Shown here in pieces: positions 10,615 through 19,496 of a stretch of 64,000 bases of DNA; positions within the stretch are counted from its first letter, which is position 1, and each line of letters begins with the position of its first letter. Below the pieces are notes generated by a model. That model did no database searches. It saw only the letters and a program-made list of their open reading frames with translations, and was not told the DNA's origin. The position numbers and the translations under genes were made by a program. Origin of the DNA: Pseudomonadota bacterium (GTDB lineage: Bacteria; Bdellovibrionota_B; Oligoflexia; Oligoflexales; CAIYRB01); assembly GCA_031416315.1 (NCBI GenBank), contig JANOTL010000031.1, positions 1 through 64,000 of the forward strand, written 5' to 3'.

Positions 10615-11363
10615 CAAACATCCCTCCTGGTCGGTGTATGTGGCGTCAGCAGCTGACGCTTTTGCATGGCTTCAATGTTCAAGATGGTGCCGCCGGCGAC
10701 GGCGAGCGGCAGCATGACGATCTGGACGAAAGGAATCACCAGCCAAAGGCCGAGCCCGAGGACCGCGAACTTCTCCCCGCGCACCAGGTCCCAGCGCTGG
10801 CGGAAGCTGAAGCCCCGGCGCGCGAGCGGATAGTCGAAGAAGTCCCACCCTACGAGGAAGGCGGCGACCACGGTCGCGAAGACGTTGACCCCGGGGATGA
10901 GGAGCAAGACGACGGAGATGAAAATGATCGCCGCGACCTTCTTCAGCTCGACCAGCATGACGCGCAGCTGGTCCTTGATGCTGAGCGCCGGCGGCGCGAT
11001 GCCCGTGAGGTCCTTCTCCACTGCGGCCGAGACGATCTCGTAAATGGGCGAGGCGATGACGTTCATCAGAAGAAGGGAGCTCAAGAACACGGCGACAATG
11101 ACGGCGACGTAGGCCAGGAGCTGACAGATGTAATAGAACGCGAGCCAGTACCAGGCTGCCGGTTTTGTGAACAGGACCGCAGCTAGGATGCGATCGTCGT
11201 AGGTCGCAAAGAGCGAAAGACCGAGGACCATGAAGATCAGGCCGATGGTGATCGGCACGAAGAGCAGCGCCAGATAGCTCGGCCGCTCCCGCAGCCACTG
11301 CACGCCCCGAACATAGGATTTGATCCCGCGGACGAAATCCTGCACGGGAGACGGTACGCTCAT
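10614..11363 (-). CDS. EI24/CysZ-like membrane protein
   Basis: [35 protein letters not shown]...PLAVAGGT; stop overlaps the recA start. Confidence 0.85.
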
Positions 11364-11529
11364 GGCTGGTCCTCGCGACTCGGGCAACGGCGTTGATAGT
11401 CGCACAAGAATGCGAGGCTTCGCCAATGGTTCCCGAGGCTCGCGGCGGGCGGCTCCCTGTACAAAATTTGTGCAAATTGAACCAAAACCGCCGGCGCGCC
11501 GATGAGTAGGACGGGAGGGGAAAAGTCCC

Positions 11530-12885
11530 TTGCGTCCGGATGCGCTCAAATTGGTGCCGATCGTCATCTTGGTCCTGAGCTCGCTCATGGGCGGGGAAGC
11601 GCTTGCGCAAAATGCGGGCAGCGGCACCGTCGTTCCAGTAGATGCCGCCCAGGCGGCCGCTTCGGACACAGCCCTCGCTTGGCCCGACGGAATGTCGATG
11701 CCGCTCCGGATCGTCGGCATCGACGATACCGACAAGATGCCCGCCCGCACCGCGATTCCGACGGCCGAGCGCGCGTTGGCCGCCGCCTGGCTCGCGGCCC
11801 CGCAGCCGTTCACGCGCTTCGTCTTCGGCCGCCGTCCGATCACCCTCAATCGCGCCCGGCTGACCGACCGTGTCCTCACCGGAAAGCCGACGACCGTGTT
11901 GCCAGCGCCCTCGGTCGTCGTCGAGCCAACCTGGTGCAGTCTCATGGATCGTCACCTCCTCTTCGTGACCGTGGCCGATGCGGCGAAGAACGAGCTCCTG
12001 GGCTCGGCGCACGTGAGCATCCCTCGCGCGCAATGGAAACCGGACCAACTCGCGACGCGCCTGCCGGCCTTGGCGCGGCAAGCGCTCGCCCGCGCAGCGA
12101 GCCGCGGCGCCACGCCTAAGGCCGACGCCTTGCACGTCGGCCTCGATCTGGGCCGCAACCTCACCCGCATGGACGAAGGCTCGAGCGCCTGCGTCGGGCT
12201 CCTCCTGGAGGAGAAGCTCGGCGAAACCTATACGGTGGCCCGGCTGTTGGGAACGGACATCCTCGCGACGACGCGAGATGTCCTGGAGCAGCCCGCCACC
12301 TTACGCCGGCCGACGCGACGCGTGGTGATGCGCTGGACGAATCCGCCCGAGTCGAAACCCAACCGGAAGTTGCCGGTGACGATGGAGATGGTCGCGACCT
12401 TCGTCGACTCGGTCGGCGGACGCTCGATTCCTTTGGGCACGGCCGCGCAGAAATACGAGCAGAAGACGCAGTGGACGCTGACGCCGGCGGCCGACGGCAC
12501 GATCCAGTTTAGCGTTCCGGCAGAGCTCACGGCTTTCCTGGAAGGCGAGAAAAAAGCGCTCGCGCTCGCCGACGGCCCGCAGGTCGCGAAAGTGCGCGGC
12601 GCCTGGGTCTACGTCGACCGCGGCCGCGCCTGGGGCCTGAAGATGGGTGACCGCCTGGTCTCCGGGGCGGAAGGCGGAGCGACCGTCAAAGGCCACGTCG
12701 TCCGCTACTTCGGCGCCGAGGAAAAGCTGCGATCACCGCGCGGCTTCCCCATCAACGAGGGCGCGATCCTTTACGTGCGCAAAGGCCAGAAGCTCACCAG
12801 CGTCGGCCAAGAGTTCCGCTTCGATCCGCGGACATTCCCCACCCCGTGGCCGCCGCAAGGCTCGGCTCCGGAAGGAGGACCTTGA
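11530..12885 (+). CDS. Hypothetical secreted protein
   Basis: GGAGG RBS, signal peptide, C-terminal VYVDRGRAWGLKMGD beta motif. Confidence 0.75.
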   Translation: MRPDALKLVPIVILVLSSLMGGEALAQNAGSGTVVPVDAAQAAASDTALAWPDGMSMPLRIVGIDDTDKMPARTAIPTAERALAAAWLAAPQPFTRFVFGRRPITLNRARLTDRVLTGKPTTVLPAPSVVVEPTWCSLMDRHLLFVTVADAAKNELLGSAHVSIPRAQWKPDQLATRLPALARQALARAASRGATPKADALHVGLDLGRNLTRMDEGSSACVGLLLEEKLGETYTVARLLGTDILATTRDVLEQPATLRRPTRRVVMRWTNPPESKPNRKLPVTMEMVATFVDSVGGRSIPLGTAAQKYEQKTQWTLTPAADGTIQFSVPAELTAFLEGEKKALALADGPQVAKVRGAWVYVDRGRAWGLKMGDRLVSGAEGGATVKGHVVRYFGAEEKLRSPRGFPINEGAILYVRKGQKLTSVGQEFRFDPRTFPTPWPPQGSAPEGGP

Positions 12886-13460
12886 TGCGATTCGTGCCTC
12901 TTATCGCCATGAGCGTGACGCTCGCGATCGCGAGCTTCGCCTGCGGCAAAAAAAACGAGGACGACGGCGACTCGTCGGGCGCCGAGGAAGAGGAAGGCAG
13001 CGGCTCGGGCGCGTACTTCAACGGCTCCGCGAAGGGGCAGGTCTTCGGCACCGGGTGGGTGTTCTCCAGCGGCCGTGCGCTGCCCACCGACGACGAAGAT
13101 CTGACCAAGCCCTTCCTCGTCCAGTTTCTCGGCGATAAGGTCAAGTTCGAATACGCATGCCAAGAGCTCGCGTATCAGGCTCCGGACGATCGCCGCGTCG
13201 ACTTCGAGCTGGAGCTGAAAGTGGGCGAGTTCGACCTGACCCCCAAGGCGAAGTTCGCCTTCGTCAACACCGCGCCCGATCCCGAGGAGGCCGTGCCGGG
13301 CCCGACCGGCAAGGTCCAGATCACCGAGATCAAGAAGTCGAAGCTCGTCGGGCGCGTCAACGTGCGCGCCAACGACAAAAACCGCGTCAACGGCATCTTC
13401 TTGATCAAGCGCTGCTGCCCGTCCGAGGACCGAACGTCTTACGTGGACTGCACGGAATGA
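12885..13460 (+). CDS. Hypothetical lipoprotein
   Basis: Lipobox-like SFAC, AGGAGG RBS, TGATG coupling with the upstream gene. Confidence 0.8.
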   Translation: MRFVPLIAMSVTLAIASFACGKKNEDDGDSSGAEEEEGSGSGAYFNGSAKGQVFGTGWVFSSGRALPTDDEDLTKPFLVQFLGDKVKFEYACQELAYQAPDDRRVDFELELKVGEFDLTPKAKFAFVNTAPDPEEAVPGPTGKVQITEIKKSKLVGRVNVRANDKNRVNGIFLIKRCCPSEDRTSYVDCTE

Positions 13461-14029
13461 AAGCCGCCATCGCGACGGCGCTGGCGCTCGTTAGCGTCTT
13501 CTTCGCCTCCGCCGCCTTAGCCGACGGCAAGGCGAAGAAAAAGCCCAAGGCCAAGCTCGCTACCGTGACCCTCGCCTGGGACGAGGAGGACTTCCCCGCC
13601 TCGATGCAGGTCTTCGAGGCGAAGGCAGGCGCACCGCCAGCCCTTTGGACGACCGCGAGCGTCAAGACGAGAAAGGAGCTGCCGGTCGGCGCCGAGCTCG
13701 AGGACGGCACGTTCGAGCTCGCGCCGGGCGGCGTCAAACGGCTCGTCCTCGTCGTCGAGAACAAGACGAAGGGCGATCTCTACTTCTTCGCGGCGCCGCA
13801 CGGCGTCGAGCCGGCAAAGCTGTCGCTCGGCTTCGATTTCCGCTGCTTGTGCATGAATCACGCGTATCACGCGCCGGCCGGGATGATCTGGTACCGGGTG
13901 GTCGAGCTGCGGCTCGACCCGGGATTTCCGGCGAAAGCGGTCGAAGTGAAGCACGCGCTCGCGACGGTGTCGAAAGCGCGCGCCGCGGAGATCCAGAATC
14001 CGGCGGTGGTGGTGCCGCCGAAGACCTAG
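13457..14029 (+). CDS. Secreted protein with CxC motif (Cox11/CtaG-like)
   Basis: ATGA coupling, signal peptide, FFAAPH...FRCLCMNH motif. Confidence 0.7.
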   Translation: MKAAIATALALVSVFFASAALADGKAKKKPKAKLATVTLAWDEEDFPASMQVFEAKAGAPPALWTTASVKTRKELPVGAELEDGTFELAPGGVKRLVLVVENKTKGDLYFFAAPHGVEPAKLSLGFDFRCLCMNHAYHAPAGMIWYRVVELRLDPGFPAKAVEVKHALATVSKARAAEIQNPAVVVPPKT

Positions 14030-14053
14030 GATCGTCGGCGACCGCTCGAGCGC

Positions 14054-14554
14054 TCACTTGCCGGCGAGCGCGTTCTGCACGGTCGGAAGCTCTTGGCTCT
14101 CAGTCGCGCGGGTGGCGCGGAAGACGATGCTCGCCTTCAAGCTCCCCTGCCCTTTCGGCTTCGGGAAGCGCCAGGAGCCGACGTTGGCGGCGACGCAGGT
14201 GATGAAGGCTTTGTCGCGCTTCATGTCGCGGACGTTGACCGCGGCGTCCTCGACGGCACCCTTGGGATCCAACACGACCGTTGCCACGACGAAGCCTGCC
14301 GCTTGCGGATGCCGACGCACGAGGTCCTCGTAGCAGGCTTGCACCTGAAACATGTTGCCGCGCGCAACCTCAGACACCTCTTCGGGCGTCAGGTTCTCTG
14401 AAGGCGTGCGGATCTTGGCGCCGACGAGGTCGACGGTCGGCGTGCCGAACTCCGCGTTCTCCTCGAGGCCGACCTCGGCCATGGGGCCGCAAGCGAGGAC
14501 GGGCTGGGCATAGAGGGCGGCCGCGAGCGTCAGAGCGATGAATGGGACCTTCAT
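14054..14554 (-). CDS. AgmX/PglI C-terminal (TonB-like) domain secreted protein
   Basis: QVQACYE...G.V...C+....W.FP.P pattern; GGAGGT RBS. Confidence 0.8.
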   Translation of the reverse strand: MKVPFIALTLAAALYAQPVLACGPMAEVGLEENAEFGTPTVDLVGAKIRTPSENLTPEEVSEVARGNMFQVQACYEDLVRRHPQAAGFVVATVVLDPKGAVEDAAVNVRDMKRDKAFITCVAANVGSWRFPKPKGQGSLKASIVFRATRATESQELPTVQNALAGK

Positions 14555-14655
14555 GGTCACCTCCCGGTAGATTTCAGGTCTTATCGGCAGGTTTGACGAA
14601 GTTCCGTATTTCGAGGTGATTCGCCTTTTGGTTCAGTGATATAGGGCTGGGGTCC

Positions 14656-14730
14656 GGTCCCTTAGTTAAATGGATATAACAACCCCTTCCAAATGGGTGG
14701 TTGGGGGTTCGATTCCCTCAGGGACCGCCA
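14656..14730 (+). tRNA. tRNA with CCA anticodon (nominal tRNA-Trp), atypical body
   Basis: Acceptor GGTCCCT/AGGGACC, D-arm GTTA-AATGGATA-TAAC, anticodon arm ACCCC-TTCCAAA-TGGGT, T-arm GGGGG-TTCGATT-CCCTC, G73 and encoded CCA end. Confidence 0.9.
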
Positions 14731-14977
14731 CGCTCGCTGGCAAGCGAGAATCTGGCTTTGGAACGTGGAGAGTGGAAGATGGACTGCGACCGAGAGCCCA
14801 ACCGACCGCGCCTGGCCCAAAAAAGCGCCCAGAATCTTTCTGGGGAAATTCAGAACATTAAAATTCTGTAACCAACTAACAATACTTGAACTTCTCGCCG
14901 TCGAGCATCGATCGCTCGAGTCCGGCGTCGACCAGCCGATCCCTGAGTCGAACCCTTTCGTACTCGGGATCTCAAAC

Positions 14978-17698
14978 ATGCATCAACGCCACCTTGCCGC
15001 CGCCCTAACCATCGCTATCGTCGCATTCGCCGCCGGCTGCAAAGACGACGAAGAAAGCGCAGGCAGCTCCGACGACTCCGGCTCGACGATCGTCGTCGGC
15101 GGCCAGCCGGCGGGCACTTCGGGCCCGACGCCGAGCGTCATCGCCATCGATACTTCCGGGGGCGATGTCGACGACGCGGCGCCGGACGGTGCCAGCGTGG
15201 TCACGCCGCCCGACAGCAAGCCGACGGCGACCGCTCCGTCGACCCTCATCATCACCGGTACCATGCAGCTCACTGGCTCGGGCATGAGCCTTGCCGACTC
15301 GAGCTATGCCGGCCTGTTCGTGAAAGCGATGACGGCCGACATCCAGAGCCAAAGCGTCTGCTTAGACGACGTCGATGCGAGCGGCGGGTTCAGCCTGAGT
15401 TGCGTGGGCTTTCAAGACAAGCAGCTCGTCGTCGCGATCATTCGTACGAACGCGAACGGCAGCTCGGACCTCCTCGCCATTAAGACGATGGGGGGCATCG
15501 ACGCGTGGACCGCGAGCGCAAGCTTCGACCTCGTGCTCGACCTCGATACGGGCACGATGCTCGCGAGCCCCGTCGTACAGAAGGGCGCAGTAGCGGACCT
15601 TGATCCGAGCCAGATCAAGGTTGCCCAGTCCGACTTCTTCAGTACGCTCAGCATCGCGAGCGGCACCATCGACGCGTATCAGACGCACGTTGATGCGGAC
15701 GACCGAAAAGCTGTGCTGAACGGCGACTACTCGAGCCTCCCGAACTTCACGACGCGCACGACCTCAACCGACACCTGGCTCGAAAGCCGCTACCTCAAGT
15801 TTATCGCGTCCGACGGCTTCGCCGCGCCCCGGCTCCAGCTATGGGTCGACGAAGAAAAGGCGCAGGCCTGCACGGCCGGATACGCGATCAGCGACGGCAC
15901 CAACTCCCTGGCGAGCATCACCTACACGCCCACGCTGTCCGCGATCGCAGCCAATGCTTGGGCGCCGAAGGCGGCGCTCGATCGCTATCATGTGCTCTTG
16001 CGCAAGGCACTGGACTCGGGCACTTCCGCGGTCGGCGCTGACGCGGGCCGCGCCGTCGTCGAGGAATTCTTCGCACGCCTCGCCGACAGCCGCCGGCTGC
16101 ATTCGCCCGATCGCCGCTTCAACCAGCTCACCAATACGTTCGCGATCTTGACTCGCGAAGCGGCCGTGGGCACCATCACCGACGTCACCATGAAGGCGAT
16201 GGGGAAGATTCTCGCCAAGACGAGCTACTACGGCGACGCGACCAAGAGATCCAACCTGGGTCTCGCGGCGAATAACTTCAACGTCGTCAACGCTAGCCTG
16301 GGTGGCACTGGTAAGGATTTTCTCAAGAAAGAGATGACCCTCCTTATCAACTCCGCCCCGGTCGCAGCCGCGAGAATCGTCCAATTGGGCGGCGTCTTGC
16401 AGCTTCCCGACGTCGGCGCAGCCTTGACCTACGCGCAGAAGTACAAGGCAATCAATGCCGATCCGAGCACGGAGGCCGCCCTGGACGCCGCCATCCTCCA
16501 ACTTCAAGACGCCAACGGCGCAACGCAGACGGCCGGCAAGGCAGCCGTGCAGCAGTTGCTCTACGACGTCGAAAGCGCCTCGAACATCGTCGGCACGTCC
16601 TGCAACAGCGTCGGCCTCGAGCTCGACTTCGACGACGCGATCGGTAGCGCCGCGGGCCGCGCGGCGCTCGCCTCCCTGTTCGCCAAGGTCGAGTTCGTCG
16701 GGTGGACGCCTGCCCTCAAGGCCGGCGTCACCGATCGCCTGTACGTGATCGTTCGGGCTTTCGTCGATGCCGTCTCGACCGAGCTCGGCGGCTGCATGCA
16801 GAACATTCTCCTCATGCAAAGCGCGTGGAACCAACGTTCGATCTGGAACCCTGGGACGCAAAGCTACGACGTCGTGACCACGGACGACCAGCGCGACGAC
16901 GGGGCCGCCGACACGCTCACCTACCTCACGGTCTTCGGCGACCTCCTCGGAGCACGCCGCCGGGCGCCGGTCGCGGGGCTCGAGGTCCGCGATCCTAACG
17001 GCGACGGCGCCGCGCCTTTCGATGCTCTCGGCAACACTAACACCGGCTACGCGCCGGCCGATGCGCAGGAAGATTTCGAAGCCCTCGCGACAGCCGTTTT
17101 AGGCATCGTCGCCTTGGACAATTCAACGGGACCCTACCAACACCTTTGCCTCAAGCTTCCCGCCTCCGGCTACAGCGTGGCCGGACAGGCTCAGTGTGCC
17201 ACTCAGCCTTCCGTACCGGGCGCAGTCGCGGCGCTCTCGTACGCGCAGAAGCTGCAACTGCTTCAGCAAGATGTCGCGCCGATCGTAGCCGACGAGGCTT
17301 ACGCCTCGGACGCGGTTTACCGTGCCAAGCTCGAGCAGATCTTCCGCAGCTCGGCCTGCCCGCCTGACGTCCGCGTCGGCGTCTCCGCCGGCTTTCCGCT
17401 CGCGATCCTAGGCCCGGTCTACCGCATCGTCGACGGCGCCGTCTCCAACGTGGTCAAGCCCGACGGCAGCTCGACACTCGTCGTCGACGGCTCGAACCTC
17501 ACCACCGACAAGGCTTCTGGCTCGACCGACAGCTGCGTCTTCGGCGACGTGAAGTTCCTACGAAACCTCACGTTCGACACCAACCAAGTGCTCAAGGGCT
17601 TCGTCTTCGAAAACGGCTACAAGAATACGTGCGCCGCGTCCAGCGGAGCCACCAGCGACTTCGTCGATACGTTTCTAGTCGACGCGATCGTACCCTAG
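14978..17698 (+). CDS. Large hypothetical lipoprotein (about 900 aa)
   Basis: Lipobox-like AAGC after ATG 14978; Ser/Thr/Pro linker; long open frame. Confidence 0.85.
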   Translation: MHQRHLAAALTIAIVAFAAGCKDDEESAGSSDDSGSTIVVGGQPAGTSGPTPSVIAIDTSGGDVDDAAPDGASVVTPPDSKPTATAPSTLIITGTMQLTGSGMSLADSSYAGLFVKAMTADIQSQSVCLDDVDASGGFSLSCVGFQDKQLVVAIIRTNANGSSDLLAIKTMGGIDAWTASASFDLVLDLDTGTMLASPVVQKGAVADLDPSQIKVAQSDFFSTLSIASGTIDAYQTHVDADDRKAVLNGDYSSLPNFTTRTTSTDTWLESRYLKFIASDGFAAPRLQLWVDEEKAQACTAGYAISDGTNSLASITYTPTLSAIAANAWAPKAALDRYHVLLRKALDSGTSAVGADAGRAVVEEFFARLADSRRLHSPDRRFNQLTNTFAILTREAAVGTITDVTMKAMGKILAKTSYYGDATKRSNLGLAANNFNVVNASLGGTGKDFLKKEMTLLINSAPVAAARIVQLGGVLQLPDVGAALTYAQKYKAINADPSTEAALDAAILQLQDANGATQTAGKAAVQQLLYDVESASNIVGTSCNSVGLELDFDDAIGSAAGRAALASLFAKVEFVGWTPALKAGVTDRLYVIVRAFVDAVSTELGGCMQNILLMQSAWNQRSIWNPGTQSYDVVTTDDQRDDGAADTLTYLTVFGDLLGARRRAPVAGLEVRDPNGDGAAPFDALGNTNTGYAPADAQEDFEALATAVLGIVALDNSTGPYQHLCLKLPASGYSVAGQAQCATQPSVPGAVAALSYAQKLQLLQQDVAPIVADEAYASDAVYRAKLEQIFRSSACPPDVRVGVSAGFPLAILGPVYRIVDGAVSNVVKPDGSSTLVVDGSNLTTDKASGSTDSCVFGDVKFLRNLTFDTNQVLKGFVFENGYKNTCAASSGATSDFVDTFLVDAIVP

Positions 17699-17704
17699 CT
17701 CAGA

Positions 17705-18100
17705 TCACAGCGCCGGCAAGAGCGCCATCCAGATCGCCGCACCGAAACCGACGCCCCAAACGAGCGAGCGCAACACGTGCACGTCGGCGATGTAGAGCAC
17801 CGGATAGATCACGCGGGCCACGACATGCACCACCGCCAGCGTCGCTGCGCAGGACGAGGATGCCGAGGGTGCGAAATGCGAGATCAGCACCGCCGGCGTG
17901 AAGATCGCGAGCGCCTCGAACGTGTTCTGATGCGCCGCTAGAGCGCGCTTACCCCAACCGCTCAGCGCGGCCTGCTGCGTTCTCGGATCGCGGTTGTCGT
18001 ACTTGCCGCCACCCGCGCGAACCTGGGCGATGGCGAGCGGGATCTTCGTGGCGAGAATCAAGACCAGCATCGCCACGAGGCAATAGAAGGGAATAGTCAC
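17705..18100 (-). CDS. MAPEG family membrane protein
   Basis: YDNRDPR...RALAAHQNTFE...ARVIY...LRSLVW. Confidence 0.9.
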   Translation of the reverse strand: MTIPFYCLVAMLVLILATKIPLAIAQVRAGGGKYDNRDPRTQQAALSGWGKRALAAHQNTFEALAIFTPAVLISHFAPSASSSCAATLAVVHVVARVIYPVLYIADVHVLRSLVWGVGFGAAIWMALLPAL

Positions 18101-18224
18101 GGAGTCTCCGAAATCAACCAGGCCGTTTCTGACCCACAGAAAGGGGAGACTAACATCGACCCCGCTAGGTTACCATGTAGGATGGGCGCCTGAAATCCGG
18201 TCGCGCCAATGAGGGGATCACAGC

Positions 18225-18521
18225 TTGCTGATTTATCCGTTCAAGCTCGCGATCGGCGCTGGCGTCCTCTTGGCCGTCCTCTACCAGCTGGCTCGACACG
18301 AGGCCGACTTCAGCTTCGGCAAGGCGTTCATGATCGTCGGCGCCCTGTCGATCTCCGGCTTCGCCGTGTCGCTGATGCTCGGCACCGTCGTCGCCTTCGT
18401 CGCGACTTTCGTGCTCGGCATTTGGCTCATCGCCAAATTCCTCTACGTGCCGCAGAACAAGGCCATCGCAGCGATGGCGGCCTACACCGGCGTGCAGATC
18501 CTTTTGTCCTGGATCTTCTGA
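18225..18521 (+). CDS. Hypothetical membrane protein
   Basis: GAGGGG RBS, TTG start, hydrophobic helices. Confidence 0.7.
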   Translation: MLIYPFKLAIGAGVLLAVLYQLARHEADFSFGKAFMIVGALSISGFAVSLMLGTVVAFVATFVLGIWLIAKFLYVPQNKAIAAMAAYTGVQILLSWIF

Positions 18522-18525
18522 GACC

Positions 18526-18708
18526 TCACATCCCGACGACGCCGCGCGCGCTGTCGACCGCAGCCGATGCGACATCGGCAACCTTGCCGAAGACCTCGCC
18601 CCAGTGGAAGCGGCCCTCGCCTTCCATGCGGCCGAGGAGGTATACGCCGACGATCAGGAAGAGCTTCGGGAGGTTCTGGCGCGAGAAAAGCGTGCGCAAG
18701 CGATCCAT
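18526..18708 (-). CDS. Small hypothetical membrane protein
   Basis: GGAGA RBS, one TM segment, genome-like codons. Confidence 0.6.
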   Translation of the reverse strand: MDRLRTLFSRQNLPKLFLIVGVYLLGRMEGEGRFHWGEVFGKVADVASAAVDSARGVVGM

Positions 18709-18741
18709 CGGTTCTCTCCAGGGCGTGTTTCCCCGAGTCTA

Positions 18742-19425
18742 TCACGCTTGCGGGGCGAGGAAGCCGGCGAGCCCGCGTAGTACGGATTCCGGGATCTCGT
18801 GGCCGCCGTCGAAGGGCGACCACGTGACTTTGGCGCCGGCCCCGACCAGGAGACTTTGCAGCGTCTCGGCATCGCGAAACGAGAGAACGGGATCGCCACG
18901 CCCGTGCGCCTGAAACACGCGCAAATGCGGCCCGCGCCGCGCGAGCGCCTCCTGCCAACGAACCTTCGTCACCAGCGCGCCGGACAAGACGACGAGCGAG
19001 CCCGGCGCCTCCCTCATCGTGAGCGCCAGCTCCGTCGCCATCATCGCGCCCTGGCTGAAGCCGCCGACGACGAGATTTGCAGGCTCGACGCCGAGCGCGG
19101 CGACGAAGGCGGCGGCGCGCTCGGCGGCCTCGAGGAACCCGGGCGGCGTCTCGCCGGAGAAGTCGCGATGGCCGCCGCGCATCATCGCGGCCTCGAGCGC
19201 CGCCATGTCGATCGGAAACCAAGCGCGCCCGGTGGAATGCGGGCCGATGGCCACGGTGAGCGGCGCGTTGGCAAAGACCCACCGCGCCGCGAGGCCCGGC
19301 GGAAATACCCCGGCCAAGGGAGCGAGGTCGTGGCAGTCGGCGCCGTAGCCGTGGAAAAGGACGACGGTCTTGCCGGCGGCGGCGGTGACGGTCTCGACGT
19401 AATCGAACCCGGCGAGCTGCTTCAC
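18742..19425 (-). CDS. Phospholipase/carboxylesterase (alpha/beta hydrolase)
   Basis: HGYGA, GRAWF, GGFSQGA, HGRGDPVL, GGHEIP. Confidence 0.92.
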   Translation of the reverse strand: MKQLAGFDYVETVTAAAGKTVVLFHGYGADCHDLAPLAGVFPPGLAARWVFANAPLTVAIGPHSTGRAWFPIDMAALEAAMMRGGHRDFSGETPPGFLEAAERAAAFVAALGVEPANLVVGGFSQGAMMATELALTMREAPGSLVVLSGALVTKVRWQEALARRGPHLRVFQAHGRGDPVLSFRDAETLQSLLVGAGAKVTWSPFDGGHEIPESVLRGLAGFLAPQA

Positions 19426-19496
19426 GGATGCGCCTCCGCTTCAATCGTAGCAGCGCGCGCCGCGATGCTCAACGGCGCGCGTTGCCTGGTGCACTA

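Noticed and set aside
14681..14698. Reading the tRNA as Gly(TCC) using loop CTTCCAA
   Set aside because: In that register the stem would be AACCC/ATGGG, which does not pair; the CCA-centred register gives four pairs.
14693..14977. N-terminal extension of the 1001-aa ORF
   Set aside because: It overlaps the tRNA; the lipoprotein signal peptide begins at ATG 14978.
14730..18225. Integrative element at the tRNA
   Set aside because: No integrase and no duplicated tRNA 3' end found by eye.
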